Shown: one piece after another, positions 9,222 to 18,606 of the stretch
How the letters are laid out: the number at the start of each line of letters is the position of its first letter
Numbering within the stretch: the stretch's first letter is position 1
Assembly (NCBI GenBank): GCA_041750285.1
Contig: JBGSZS010000006.1
Span: forward strand, 1 to 30,146
Direction: 5' to 3'
DNA from: Candidatus Fermentibacteraceae bacterium
Lineage (GTDB): Bacteria; Fermentibacterota; Fermentibacteria; Fermentibacterales; JCC-6
Length of the DNA: 30,146 nucleotides
Translations under genes and position numbers: made by a program
The notes under the pieces: generated by a model
Told to the model about the DNA's origin: nothing
Databases searched by the model: none
Seen by the model: the letters and a program-made list of their open reading frames with translations, nothing else

Positions 9222-10438
9222 AAATACTGGTGGTGGGGAGCGGCGGCAGAGAGCACGCCCTGGCCTGGGCCCTTGACCGGTCCGGCGGGAATACCGTCCT
9301 TGTAAGCCCCGGGAACCCCGGAACCGCCGCGTTTGCCCGGAACGTGGTCACCCCCGCCGATCCCCTTCAGGCTGCAGTCGATCATGGGGTCGATCTTGTC
9401 GTCGTGGGTCCCGAGGCTCCCCTTGCCGCAGGCCTCGGAGACAGGCTGAGGGCAGCCGGCATCCCCTGCTTCGGACCCGGGGCCGGATGCGCCGCGCTCG
9501 AGAGCAGCAAGTGGTTCGCCAAGGAGATCATGGTAGCCGCAGGGGTCCCCACGGCATTGGGGGAGATCTTCGACAACTCCGGCGATGCCCTCGACTATAT
9601 GGGCGGGAGACCCCGCGAATGGGTGATCAAGGCTGACGGCCTGGCTGCGGGCAAGGGCGTTGTCCTGCCCGATACTCTTCAGGAAGCCCGGGAAGCGCTC
9701 GAAGTGCTGCTTTCTAATCCTCCGGGCAGGGTGGTCGTCGAGGAAAGGCTGTCGGGCTCCGAGGTAAGCGTCATGGCCGTCTGCAGTGGAACCGAGGCCG
9801 TCATCCTTCCTCCAAGCCGTGATCACAAGCGCATTGGAGAGGGCGACACTGGGCCAAACACCGGAGGCATGGGGGCTGTGTGCCCACCCCGTGGACTCCC
9901 TGAGGGTTTTTCTTCACTGATGGAAAGGACCGTATTCAAACCGGTCCTTCGGGAACTTGACCGGCGGGGTCTGGACTACAGGGGAGTGCTCTACGCGGGA
10001 ATGATGCTTTCCCCGGGAGGGCCAAGGGTGCTCGAGTTCAACGTCAGGTTCGGCGACCCCGAGACCCAGGCGGTCCTTCCACTGCTGGGAGGTGACCTTG
10101 CCGGGCTTTTCGCAGCGGCAGCCCTTGGAAGGAAGCTTCCGGAACCAACGGTTCTTTCCGGCGCGTCGGCGGTCGTGATCGTAGCCTCTGAGGGATACCC
10201 CGGAGAGTACCGCAAAGGAGCCGTCATCGAAGGGCTGGATGCCGTTGGTGATGCGATGGTGTTCCATGCCGGCACCACACTCTCGGGGCGGAATATCGTT
10301 ACTTCGGGAGGCAGGGTGCTGGGGGTGACCGCGTTGGGCGAAGACCTCGGGAAAGCCCTGGAAAAAGCTTACTTAGCCGTGGAATCAATTCACTTTGACG
10401 GGATGAACTTCAGACGTGACATAGGGAGGGCGCAATGA
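9218..10438 (+). CDS. purD: Phosphoribosylamine--glycine ligase
   Basis: GSGGREHAL, VVGPEAPL, IKADGLAAGKGV, GPNTGGMG, EFNVRFGDPE, FHAGT, TSGGRVL. TTG start overlaps the panB stop. Confidence 0.98.
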   Translation: MKILVVGSGGREHALAWALDRSGGNTVLVSPGNPGTAAFARNVVTPADPLQAAVDHGVDLVVVGPEAPLAAGLGDRLRAAGIPCFGPGAGCAALESSKWFAKEIMVAAGVPTALGEIFDNSGDALDYMGGRPREWVIKADGLAAGKGVVLPDTLQEAREALEVLLSNPPGRVVVEERLSGSEVSVMAVCSGTEAVILPPSRDHKRIGEGDTGPNTGGMGAVCPPRGLPEGFSSLMERTVFKPVLRELDRRGLDYRGVLYAGMMLSPGGPRVLEFNVRFGDPETQAVLPLLGGDLAGLFAAAALGRKLPEPTVLSGASAVVIVASEGYPGEYRKGAVIEGLDAVGDAMVFHAGTTLSGRNIVTSGGRVLGVTALGEDLGKALEKAYLAVESIHFDGMNFRRDIGRAQ

Positions 10439-10875
10439 GTGACCGGGTGCTTGTTGGGATAGTGATGGGCAGCGAGAGCGACCGGGAGACAATGGAAAAA
10501 ACCTGCGGAGTTCTGGACGAGTACGGGATTCCCTGGGAATTCTCTGTAATGAGCGCCCACAGAACGCCGGAGAAGGTTGCCGAGTATTCCAGAACAGCCG
10601 CCGGCAGGGGTATCAGGATAATCATCGCGGCAGCGGGCCTTGCAGCCCATCTGGCAGGGGCGGTAGCGGCGAACACGAAGCTTCCCGTCATAGGGGTGCC
10701 GATCCAGGGAGGCCCCCTGAACGGATTCGACGCGCTCCTGAGCACCGTCATGATGCCGAAGGGCGTTCCCGTGGCAACGGTTGCCATAGGCTCGCACGGG
10801 GCGGCCAATGCCGGTCACCTTGCTGCAAGGATACTGGCTCTCTTCGACAAAGGTGTTGCTGAAAGGATGGGATGA
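10435..10875 (+). CDS. purE: N5-CAIR mutase / AIR carboxylase catalytic subunit
   Basis: VGIVMGSESD, SAHRTP, AAHLAG, PVIGVP, MPKGVPVATVAI, NAG. Confidence 0.97.
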   Translation: MSDRVLVGIVMGSESDRETMEKTCGVLDEYGIPWEFSVMSAHRTPEKVAEYSRTAAGRGIRIIIAAAGLAAHLAGAVAANTKLPVIGVPIQGGPLNGFDALLSTVMMPKGVPVATVAIGSHGAANAGHLAARILALFDKGVAERMG

Positions 10876-11468
10876 ACATGGCCGCAAGGACGGTCGATAT
10901 AAACACTGAAAGACCCGCGTCCGAAGCGGTCGACATGGCGGTTTCAGTACTTCTGGGAGGCGGTCTTGTGGTCTACCCCTCCGACACGGTCTACGGTCTT
11001 CTCTGTCCCGCCGCGATGCAGCACTCGGTGCGAAGGGTGGGAAGACTGAAGGGCTACGCCGAGGAAAAGCCCTTCATACTCCTGGTTCCATCCATCGAAG
11101 CCGCGACCGTATTCTCCAGGCCTTTACCCGGAGCGCTGGAGCTGATGAAGGCCCATTGGCCCGGCCCGGTCACCCTTGTTCTTCCCGCCTCAGACAGGGC
11201 TCCCTCGTGGGTCTGCGCCACCGATGGGACGGTTGCCCTCAGGGTTCCATCCGATCCGTTGTCGCTGCGGATACTCGAGTCCATAATGCCCCTGGTGACA
11301 ACCAGTGCCAACCTCAGGGGCGGTATCGAACCCCTGGGGCTGGACGAGGTGAGTCTCAAGATCGCCTCGGGGGTCGACCTCATGCTGAACGGCGGCAAGC
11401 TCGCCCGACGCAAGACCTCCACCATGATCAAGTTCACCCCTGAGGGTCAGGAAGTGCTCAGACCCTAG
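10872..11468 (+). CDS. tsaC: L-threonylcarbamoyladenylate synthase (TsaC/YrdC, no Sua5 C-terminal domain)
   Basis: YPSDTVYGL, WPGPVTLVL, TVALRVP, TTSAN and ST motifs. Confidence 0.88.
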   Translation: MNMAARTVDINTERPASEAVDMAVSVLLGGGLVVYPSDTVYGLLCPAAMQHSVRRVGRLKGYAEEKPFILLVPSIEAATVFSRPLPGALELMKAHWPGPVTLVLPASDRAPSWVCATDGTVALRVPSDPLSLRILESIMPLVTTSANLRGGIEPLGLDEVSLKIASGVDLMLNGGKLARRKTSTMIKFTPEGQEVLRP

Positions 11469-11485
11469 CCCGTGTTTCTACCCAA

Positions 11486-11528
11486 CGGGCTGAGCCCTCC
11501 CGGAAGGTGTTCCGGAGGGAGCAGCCCG
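11486..11528. terminator. Long GC-rich imperfect hairpin between convergent genes; possible bidirectional terminator
   Basis: CGGGCTG-AG-CCCTCCCGGAA-[GGTG]-TTCCGGAGGG-AG-CAGCCCG. No U-tract on either strand. Confidence 0.5.
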
Positions 11529-11540
11529 GGGCGGGGCTGG

Positions 11541-12338
11541 TCAGCGATCCGACCGGGCAACTCTGAAACCGATCGTAAAGCAGCCCACGGCTGCTTCATA
11601 TGCTTTGCGATCTCCCGACCTGCAGTCGAAGACAGAGTTTTCTTCAATATCTGAGGGAAACCAACTGCCTCCGCGAGCGATCCTGCTGTCACCCTCCCCG
11701 AGCCACGGGTCTCCATCCGCTGAAGCATCGCAGTAGCCGCCCCATTTCCAGGTATCCTGACACCATTCCGAGACGTTTCCCGACATGTCGTACAACCCCC
11801 AGGCATTGGGGATCCTCTGTCCAACAATACTGGTTGAGTCTCCCGAGCCATCAAGGTAGCAGCAGTAGTCGTAGTCCATCTCACTGCCCCAGTAGAACGC
11901 GTCGACGGTGCCCGCCCGGCAGGCATACTCCCATTCCGCCTCCGAGGGGAGCCGGTACGAATGGGAGGGGTCGATGGAGTTCAGGGAATCCAGGAAGGCC
12001 TGGCAGTCGAACCAGGATACTTGCTCCACGGGCAGTCCGGGATCACCGGTGAACCAGGAAGGATTCGATCCCATGACATCCAGCCACATTCCCTGTGTAA
12101 CTTCCGTCGTCATCATCTCGAAACCCGTGATCGTCACCGTGTGCACGGGACTTGCGATCCCGACGGATCCCAGCTTGATTATCGTCGAGTCTCCCATCGA
12201 GAAGCTGCCCGAAGGAATCCAGGCGAATACCATCCCGTCGATCGGTCCTTCGGAGAGCGACCCTGCCGGGGGTTCGATAGTGTCAGCGGATCCCGCCTGA
12301 GCGAAGGAAGCTATTGCACATATGATAAAGATGACCAT
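11541..12338 (-). CDS. Exported FGE-sulfatase (SUMF1/C-type-lectin fold) domain protein
   Basis: Signal peptide; FSMG, TEVTQ, PVEQVSW, RLPSEAEWEYACRAG, PNAWGLYDMSGNVSEW, RGGSW, GFRVAR. SD GAGAGGA. Confidence 0.93.
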   Translation of the reverse strand: MVIFIICAIASFAQAGSADTIEPPAGSLSEGPIDGMVFAWIPSGSFSMGDSTIIKLGSVGIASPVHTVTITGFEMMTTEVTQGMWLDVMGSNPSWFTGDPGLPVEQVSWFDCQAFLDSLNSIDPSHSYRLPSEAEWEYACRAGTVDAFYWGSEMDYDYCCYLDGSGDSTSIVGQRIPNAWGLYDMSGNVSEWCQDTWKWGGYCDASADGDPWLGEGDSRIARGGSWFPSDIEENSVFDCRSGDRKAYEAAVGCFTIGFRVARSDR

Positions 12339-12472
12339 GACTGTCCTCTCATGTGGTCTTTAACCATCTATCCGTGAAATCGATGGGCGATGCTGTCCTT
12401 CGATCTTTCGTCAACGGCATGGGTTGGTCAAGCTGAGGAACGGTCTGTACAACTCATTGTCAAGTTTCAGGG

Positions 12473-14563
12473 CTAGCCCTTCAGGGCTATCCACATCACC
12501 CTGAGAAGGCTTTTCGGGTGAAGCAGGATGTTGGAGTAGGCCTGATTGGCAAGGGGACAGGCGCACTCCTTCCGCCGGATCGAAGCCCTTATGTCGGCAG
12601 CCTTCCGTGATTTCCAGATATCCAGGAAATCGGTGTCGTCCCCCACCGTTCCCATCTGACCCCGGTAAGCCAGTATGGCGCATGGCCATATCCCGCCGTC
12701 CGAATTCACGTGAACGTTCATGAGGGCTGCATAGCACGGGATGACCTGTTTTCCGGTCCGCAGGTAGTCGGTGACTATGTCGTAGTAAACCAGCCTCATG
12801 GCGGTCGTCACCCTTGAAAGGGGCCTCATCCCCTTCATGCGGCTTCTGACGGCCTTTTTGAACACTTCCATTATCTCGCCGTAACTTTCACCTGCCGGCG
12901 TGATTCCGCTGCCTATGTTGAAGAACTCTTCCCGCTCCTCCGCGACTTCGTTTATGTAGGTGTCCACCCCGAGTGTGCCGGCGAAATCGATGATTTTCAG
13001 GAGGTTTGCGGCGTTGAACCGTGAGATTACGGTGCCCACCCCCACGTGAAGGTTGCTGTGCGAGCACCTGAGGGCCTTGAGCCTTTCGAGGGTGTCGAGC
13101 AGCCTTTCGAAGTTGCCGGGAACCCCCCTTATCTCGTCATGGTCGGCGCCGATGCCGTCCATGCTGGGCTTGATGGTGAGCACGGTTCCCGGGGCCTCGG
13201 TGGATATGATCGCAAGGATCCTTTCGGTCATGGTTTCGATCCGCCCGGGGGCCAGGGCGTTGGTGGGGATGTGGATGACCGCTGGACGCATGTATCTGCA
13301 CGCCAGTCCCACGATTTCCGGAAGGTCCTCCCTGAGGAACGGCTCGCCCCCGGAAACATTGAAGAAGTAGGTCCATCCTATTGATCGGAACAGGGACTCG
13401 ATCCGGGGAAGCGAAAGCTCTTCGCGGCACTCCTGCTTCCAGATGTAGCACGTCCTGCACCTGGACTGGCAGTTCCTGGTGACCGAGAAGGTTACGTTGA
13501 TCGGTCTTGGTGGCGTGACAAGGCCGATCCTTGCCCACCATGCCCTGCAGACGCTGAGCACGAGATGAAAAAGCTGTCCCGCATGGTTCACCTGCACCGG
13601 GAAGTGCCGGGCCAGAGCCTGGTGGACCAGTGCCGCAAGGGCGAACACCCCCTCGACCATCATCAGAAGAAGCCTCTGGCCGAGGGCGACGGCCGTGGCG
13701 ACAACCATCCCGCCCGGCACGAAACTTGCGACCATCAGGGCTTGAAGCGATTCGCGCACACCTATCCCGCCGGGGATGAAGACCATGAGAAGCGACGCGA
13801 GCCACGATGCCGGAGAGGCGATGATGCAGAGGATAAGCAGGGAGTGCGCGGGGACAGACTGGGGAACCCCGAAACCCCTGAACCAGAAGTAGAGCCCGAG
13901 CCCCCTCAGAGACCACGAAAGAATGTGGCTTCCGATGAACTGCGCCTGATGCCGGTGGCTGATGTGCGGAAGCTCCTCCACCGTCGTGTCGAGACGGTCG
14001 GCGAGCTTTCTGGCGAAAAGCCTCTGTATCCCTGGGGCAAGAAGCATGAGAACTCCCAGGATCGCAGAGATGCCAAGGGCCACGGTCAGTCCCGCGGGGA
14101 GTGACGACGCGCTGATGAACGGCAGTGCCAGAATGGTCATGAGACCAAGGGCGGCAAAAAGATAGATGTTCTCCAGCACCATTGCGGTTGCCGCCTTGAC
14201 GGAGCCCGTTCCGTTCCTGTTCAGGAAAGCTATCCTGCCCAGGACCATCCACAGACGGCCAGGTATGTAGCTTCCCATCTGGGTAATGAGCCAGTTCCTC
14301 CTGAGGGAGCCCCGGTCCACCCCGGGGGTTTTGAGTGCCCTGAGTATCCTCTGCCACGCAAGTGGGGCGAAGTAGTACCCCAGGGCCAGACACAGCGCCG
14401 AAAGGGCGATGTACGACCAGTCACGGCTCTCTCCCGCTTCACGCCAGAAAGCTTCCAGTCTGGGTTTCCAGACCGGGAACAGACTGAAACGGAAGTAGAG
14501 CGCGGCCCCTGCAAGAAGCAGGGGACCCAGCCATGCTTCGATCCTTTTCAGAACACGCTTCAC
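12473..14563 (-). CDS. Fusion: UPF0104/lysylphosphatidylglycerol-synthase-TM (flippase-like) domain + radical SAM enzyme with SPASM/Twitch domain
   Basis: GTG 14563 overlaps the upstream stop (GTGA). N-half has QMGSYIPG and IPGGIGVRE with many TMs. C-half has CQSRCRTC, SGGEPFLRED, SMDG...HDEIRG, C-x12-G-x4-C and CAC. Confidence 0.88.
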   Translation of the reverse strand: MKRVLKRIEAWLGPLLLAGAALYFRFSLFPVWKPRLEAFWREAGESRDWSYIALSALCLALGYYFAPLAWQRILRALKTPGVDRGSLRRNWLITQMGSYIPGRLWMVLGRIAFLNRNGTGSVKAATAMVLENIYLFAALGLMTILALPFISASSLPAGLTVALGISAILGVLMLLAPGIQRLFARKLADRLDTTVEELPHISHRHQAQFIGSHILSWSLRGLGLYFWFRGFGVPQSVPAHSLLILCIIASPASWLASLLMVFIPGGIGVRESLQALMVASFVPGGMVVATAVALGQRLLLMMVEGVFALAALVHQALARHFPVQVNHAGQLFHLVLSVCRAWWARIGLVTPPRPINVTFSVTRNCQSRCRTCYIWKQECREELSLPRIESLFRSIGWTYFFNVSGGEPFLREDLPEIVGLACRYMRPAVIHIPTNALAPGRIETMTERILAIISTEAPGTVLTIKPSMDGIGADHDEIRGVPGNFERLLDTLERLKALRCSHSNLHVGVGTVISRFNAANLLKIIDFAGTLGVDTYINEVAEEREEFFNIGSGITPAGESYGEIMEVFKKAVRSRMKGMRPLSRVTTAMRLVYYDIVTDYLRTGKQVIPCYAALMNVHVNSDGGIWPCAILAYRGQMGTVGDDTDFLDIWKSRKAADIRASIRRKECACPLANQAYSNILLHPKSLLRVMWIALKG

Positions 14564-16821
14564 CGGCGTTTCCAGAGCCTTCCGGAAAGAAGAAGCAGTG
14601 CAAGGGCCGCAGCGGTCGCAAGGATTGAGACACGCATGCCAAGGACGACGTCGGAGCCGTCGTAGTGAAAGCGGACGGTGCTTTCTCCCGGAGGGACCGT
14701 CACAGCCCTCATCCATCCGTTCGCCACGTGTATCGCGGTCGGGACTCCGTTGACCTCGGCGCGCCAGCGCGGGTACCAGGTGTCGGCAAGGACCGCAATG
14801 GCGGTGGATGGGGTTGACGTGACGAGTACAACCTCGTGTGGGGTGTCGACCGTGATGCGAACGGTTCCCGAGCAGACCGCTGGCAAGTCTCCGGGCGGAG
14901 CGTCGATGACGGACAGGGCCTGCACGTCGGATCCGTCGGAAAGGTACTGGAAGCCCTGCTCTCCTGTCCCTCCCGTGACCCGGGCCGGAATGAACGCACG
15001 AGGCATGGGGGTCGGCGGGAGGCTGGGGTCGTCCTCGGAAAGGAGTGCGTGAAGCTCGCTCCAGGAATAAGCGCCATCGGGAAACTTGAAGGCCGTGACT
15101 CCGAACTGGTGAATCATCCCGGGGGTGGCTTCAGAAAGAAGGTCGGCCATCCTGTCCCCCAGGGCGGGTTTTGCTGCGTGGTACCCGGTCACCGAACGAA
15201 TGCCGAGGGGAACCAGCTCGTTGCCCCCGGGAAAGACGCGCCCCCCGCCCGCCATAGCGGCAAGTCCGGGGTCGTCCCTGAACATTCCCGCAAGGGTGGT
15301 CTGGTTGAGGAAGACCTGGAAGCTCCTGTTGACGGGAACGAGTTCAAGCGCAGTGATGAGAATGACTCCTGCGGCGGAATGCCACGGCTTCAGACCGAAC
15401 CTGCGGGATGCCAGGAGAAGAAGCAGGAGCCCCGATGAGGAAAGAAGCGCCCTGAAAAGGTCGGCCCGGAGCAGTTCGCTTCTGTGCCTAAGCATGAACT
15501 CGTAGCCGGTACCGCCGGGAACACCCATCCTGGTCCACCATGATGCCTGGAGAGCACCGCTAAGGGTGCCGGCCATGGGAAGTGCGGCAAGAAAGAGGGC
15601 GGCGACCACCGCCATGGCGATCAGCGGCCTGCGTGACGTGCTGCGCTGGAAGAGCGCGTCGTAACCTGGACCCGCCGCAAGGGCCACCGACGCTGTGGTT
15701 ATGAATGCGGCCATGTGCGGAGCGCGGATCTTCTGGAAAAGCGGAATGACGCGGTACAGAATGGAGAAAAAGCCGGTGTACCCCCCCCATGAAACCAGCG
15801 TTCCGAGAAGCGCCAGGGTCAGGAGAGTGCCCTTCGTCCTCCTGTCGCGGCCCGCGATGAAGCCAGTCATGGCCAGAATGAAAACAAGCACGCCCGTGAA
15901 CTCGCTGCTGAGCCTGAGGCCAAGCCTTCCGAAATACACCGGCACCCCCGAAATGACGCTGTCGGCAAATCCGTGCCTGAGGCCGAAAGCCGAAGGGAGG
16001 ATCATGGCAAGGGTTTCCTCAGGGGGCATCGAGTAGCTTGCAGCGGTTGCCGGATCGAGACCCTCACCCCGTGTCGAGTGGGTGCTGAACAGATAGCCCG
16101 GATAGAGCTGAACCGCTGCGACCAGGACGCCAAGCGCCATCATCGCCCCGAAACCGGCGATCTTCCAGAGCCAATCCCTGGGATGTCCCATCCGCCACAG
16201 CGCAAAGACGACCGCCATCCCCCCGGAGTAGATCATCATCTGCGGATGGCTGGAAAGACCCTGCATTCCTACAGCAAGGGCACCCAGTCCAATCCACCTC
16301 GCGCTTCGGGTCGCCATGAACCTTGTGACGGCGTAGAGAAGAAGGGGAAGGAAGGCCCAGCAGATCACCTTGCTGCCGTGCCCCGCATAGAAAAGGGTGT
16401 TCGCCCATGCACCAAGGCAGTAAGCCGCTGCTCCGGCGAACCTTCCCTCACGGGAGGTTCCAAGTGAACCCAGCAGAAGCCATGCAAAGAATCCTGCGAG
16501 GACAAGATGTACCGGGAAAAGGAACCTGACGGAAACCTCGGGACCAAACAGGAGAAGCGGAAGACCCCTCAGGGGATAGAACACCGGTGCGCTGAATGAG
16601 GCGTAGAAGGGGACGCCGCAGAAGACGAGCGGGTTCCACAGCGGCAGTTCGCCCTGCCTGAGCGAGGCTTCAGTATATGCCAGGAACGGGTAGCCCTGGT
16701 GAACCGTGTCACTCAGATCCCCCCCCGGGAGGAGGGGGGAAGTGAATACCGGCCAGTACACAAGCAAGGCCAGCAGGGCGAGAAGAACCCACAGTTTCGC
16801 CGCGTCACCCGGTTTTTTCAT
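14560..16821 (-). CDS. YfhO-family (GT-C-like) multi-pass membrane protein
   Basis: D after the first TM; PLWNPLVFCGVPF, FYP, SHPQ, KIRAP, and C-terminal DTWYPRWRAEVNG...RAVTVPPGESTVRFHY. Confidence 0.9.
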   Translation of the reverse strand: MKKPGDAAKLWVLLALLALLVYWPVFTSPLLPGGDLSDTVHQGYPFLAYTEASLRQGELPLWNPLVFCGVPFYASFSAPVFYPLRGLPLLLFGPEVSVRFLFPVHLVLAGFFAWLLLGSLGTSREGRFAGAAAYCLGAWANTLFYAGHGSKVICWAFLPLLLYAVTRFMATRSARWIGLGALAVGMQGLSSHPQMMIYSGGMAVVFALWRMGHPRDWLWKIAGFGAMMALGVLVAAVQLYPGYLFSTHSTRGEGLDPATAASYSMPPEETLAMILPSAFGLRHGFADSVISGVPVYFGRLGLRLSSEFTGVLVFILAMTGFIAGRDRRTKGTLLTLALLGTLVSWGGYTGFFSILYRVIPLFQKIRAPHMAAFITTASVALAAGPGYDALFQRSTSRRPLIAMAVVAALFLAALPMAGTLSGALQASWWTRMGVPGGTGYEFMLRHRSELLRADLFRALLSSSGLLLLLLASRRFGLKPWHSAAGVILITALELVPVNRSFQVFLNQTTLAGMFRDDPGLAAMAGGGRVFPGGNELVPLGIRSVTGYHAAKPALGDRMADLLSEATPGMIHQFGVTAFKFPDGAYSWSELHALLSEDDPSLPPTPMPRAFIPARVTGGTGEQGFQYLSDGSDVQALSVIDAPPGDLPAVCSGTVRITVDTPHEVVLVTSTPSTAIAVLADTWYPRWRAEVNGVPTAIHVANGWMRAVTVPPGESTVRFHYDGSDVVLGMRVSILATAAALALLLLSGRLWKRR

Positions 16822-17725
16822 CGAGGGACTCCTTCGTCGTTTTTTTGAGGGCTCCCGCCGTGAAAACCGCCAGGGCGACTTCCCAGACCGTCATTACGAT
16901 GCGCTGTCCGCCCGCAGCGGCCACACCCGGCGCCAGAAGGGCTACCGGAAGGGCGATGAGTGCTGCGGCAGCCTCCCTGACCCCGAGACCTCCCGGAACC
17001 AGTACGACAATATACCCGGCGAGCCACGAAAGCGGCGCGGCAGCCATGCATTCCAGCGGCCCCGCATCGAGTCCCATGCCCTGAAACCACATCCACATCG
17101 CGGTGCCCCGCACCAGCCAGGTTCCGATGTAGAAAACCGTGACCAGAAGGGAATGCCCCAGGGGAACAGGCCTGAACGAAACCTTCTTCAGCCTGAAGAC
17201 GATCTTCTGAAGCGGGCTCAGAAGTGGAAGAAGGGCAGCCGCAACGCCTGCGGCGGCAATTGCCCATCTGATGGAGTGGCTCTCGGCTATCCCCGGGTGG
17301 AAAACCCCAACGAAAAGGGCTGTGAAACCAACTGCTGCGGTGCTGAAGAGAAGCTCAAGCACCAGGGTGGAGGCGGTTTTTGTCACGGAATACCCTCTGG
17401 CCTTCAGAAGCCCTATTCGTCCTGCGAAAAGCCAGACCTTTCCTGGTATGAACCGACCGAGCTGGCTTCCGAACCACACAGCGTAAAGCTCACGGCGGGA
17501 GAGTGTTATGCCCCGTTCACGACAAACCATAACCCAACCCTCTGGGGAGAAGAAAAGACCGATCAGGAGAAGGAGGGAAGAAACTGTGAGAAGCAGTGGG
17601 TCAAGCCTCCACGGGAATTCCCTCGCGCTTTCCAGCCATTTGCCGCCCGCCAGCCAGAGGTGACGCCCTGCGATCAGAAGCAGTATGAGGAACCCGAGCC
17701 TGATCCAGAACACAGGCCTTTTCAC
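16805..17725 (-). CDS. UPF0104/LPG-synthase-TM flippase-like membrane protein
   Basis: SQLGRFIPGKVW and VPGGLGVREA motifs; GTG 17725 overlaps the upstream stop. Confidence 0.88.
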   Translation of the reverse strand: MKRPVFWIRLGFLILLLIAGRHLWLAGGKWLESAREFPWRLDPLLLTVSSLLLLIGLFFSPEGWVMVCRERGITLSRRELYAVWFGSQLGRFIPGKVWLFAGRIGLLKARGYSVTKTASTLVLELLFSTAAVGFTALFVGVFHPGIAESHSIRWAIAAAGVAAALLPLLSPLQKIVFRLKKVSFRPVPLGHSLLVTVFYIGTWLVRGTAMWMWFQGMGLDAGPLECMAAAPLSWLAGYIVVLVPGGLGVREAAAALIALPVALLAPGVAAAGGQRIVMTVWEVALAVFTAGALKKTTKESLDEKTG

Positions 17726-18606
17726 AGGAGCTTCTCCCTCCTGTACCATGCGACGGCATCAGCCGCCGCCTCATCGAATGAGAATGAAGGAGTGAAGCCA
17801 GCCGCAGAGGCCTTCGCCAGGGAAACGAAGCGGTCGGTTCCGAAGAGCCTGAGACGGCTTGGGGTGAGCGCTTTCGGACACAGGGGGCCAAGAGCCAGCG
17901 CCAGCCGCAGAAGGCGTGCGGGGGCGCGCACCACGAGCACCCTTCGCCCCATCGCTGCAGCGGTCCTTCTTGCCACTTCCCCCATTGTCAGGACCTCGGG
18001 ACCGCCTATGTTGAATGTGCCCCCCGACAGCCTTCCCCCGGGCAGCGCCGAAAGGACACCTCGGCAGACATCCCTGACGTGGGTCGGTCTTGTGCGAGGC
18101 CCGTCCCTTCCCACGACCGGAAACCAGCCCCTGGAAACCTGACGGAACAACGGCAGCTTGTGCCGGTCCGCAGGTCCGAAAACGAAATCCGGGCGCAAAA
18201 TCGTAAGCCCTCCATGAGGCATTCCAAGCGAAACGAGCCTTTGTTCGCCCTCGGATTTCGATCTTTCGTAAAGGCCCTCGGGAGAGTGCGGGTCGGCCTC
18301 GGAGCCGTCCGCCAGAAGCCCGCAGACGCCTGGAGTGCTCAGATGGATCAGCGGAACGCCGAGGATCATGCACTGCCTGCCCATCGATTCTGGAAGCAGG
18401 ATGTTGGCAGCTGCGACCTCAGCAGGTGAAGAACGGCCCGATACCAGCCTTCCCGCGGCATTCACGGCAACCTCCGCGTCGCTGGGGACGCTTACGGGTC
18501 CGTCCGAACTTCCCAAATGGGATGCAACGGTGTGTCCCGCCCTTTCGAGGTGAACCTTCAGCGCTCCTCCAATGAAGCCCCCCGCGCCCGTGAGATAGAT
18601 TCTCAC
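17722..18606 (-). CDS. NAD-dependent epimerase/dehydratase (extended SDR)
   Basis: TGAGGFIG, NAAG, HLST, YERSK (YxxxK), ILRP..VFGP. GTG 18606 overlaps the GT4 stop. Confidence 0.92.
   Translation of the reverse strand: MRIYLTGAGGFIGGALKVHLERAGHTVASHLGSSDGPVSVPSDAEVAVNAAGRLVSGRSSPAEVAAANILLPESMGRQCMILGVPLIHLSTPGVCGLLADGSEADPHSPEGLYERSKSEGEQRLVSLGMPHGGLTILRPDFVFGPADRHKLPLFRQVSRGWFPVVGRDGPRTRPTHVRDVCRGVLSALPGGRLSGGTFNIGGPEVLTMGEVARRTAAAMGRRVLVVRAPARLLRLALALGPLCPKALTPSRLRLFGTDRFVSLAKASAAGFTPSFSFDEAAADAVAWYRREKLL

Noticed and set aside
12405..12465. Three TTGAC(A/C/G) hexamers on the minus strand upstream of the FGE gene
   Set aside because: No properly spaced -10 element and irregular spacing; not enough to call a promoter or operator.
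12473..13520. Radical SAM/SPASM as a RiPP maturase
   Set aside because: No precursor peptide or RRE/PqqD domain is visible, and the context is sugar and lipid enzymes.
14564..14716. Cys-rich N-terminal extension (CLNPCDRCGPC) of the radical SAM fusion in the ORF track
   Set aside because: It lies inside yfhO in another frame, and the GTGA-coupled start at 14563 is more plausible, so it is not a real ferredoxin-like motif.
16706..18142. 478-aa plus-strand ORF (likewise 19599-20666, 20350-21465 and the alternative-frame 13137-14393)
   Set aside because: They overlap well-supported genes of the glycosylation operon and have shadow-ORF composition.
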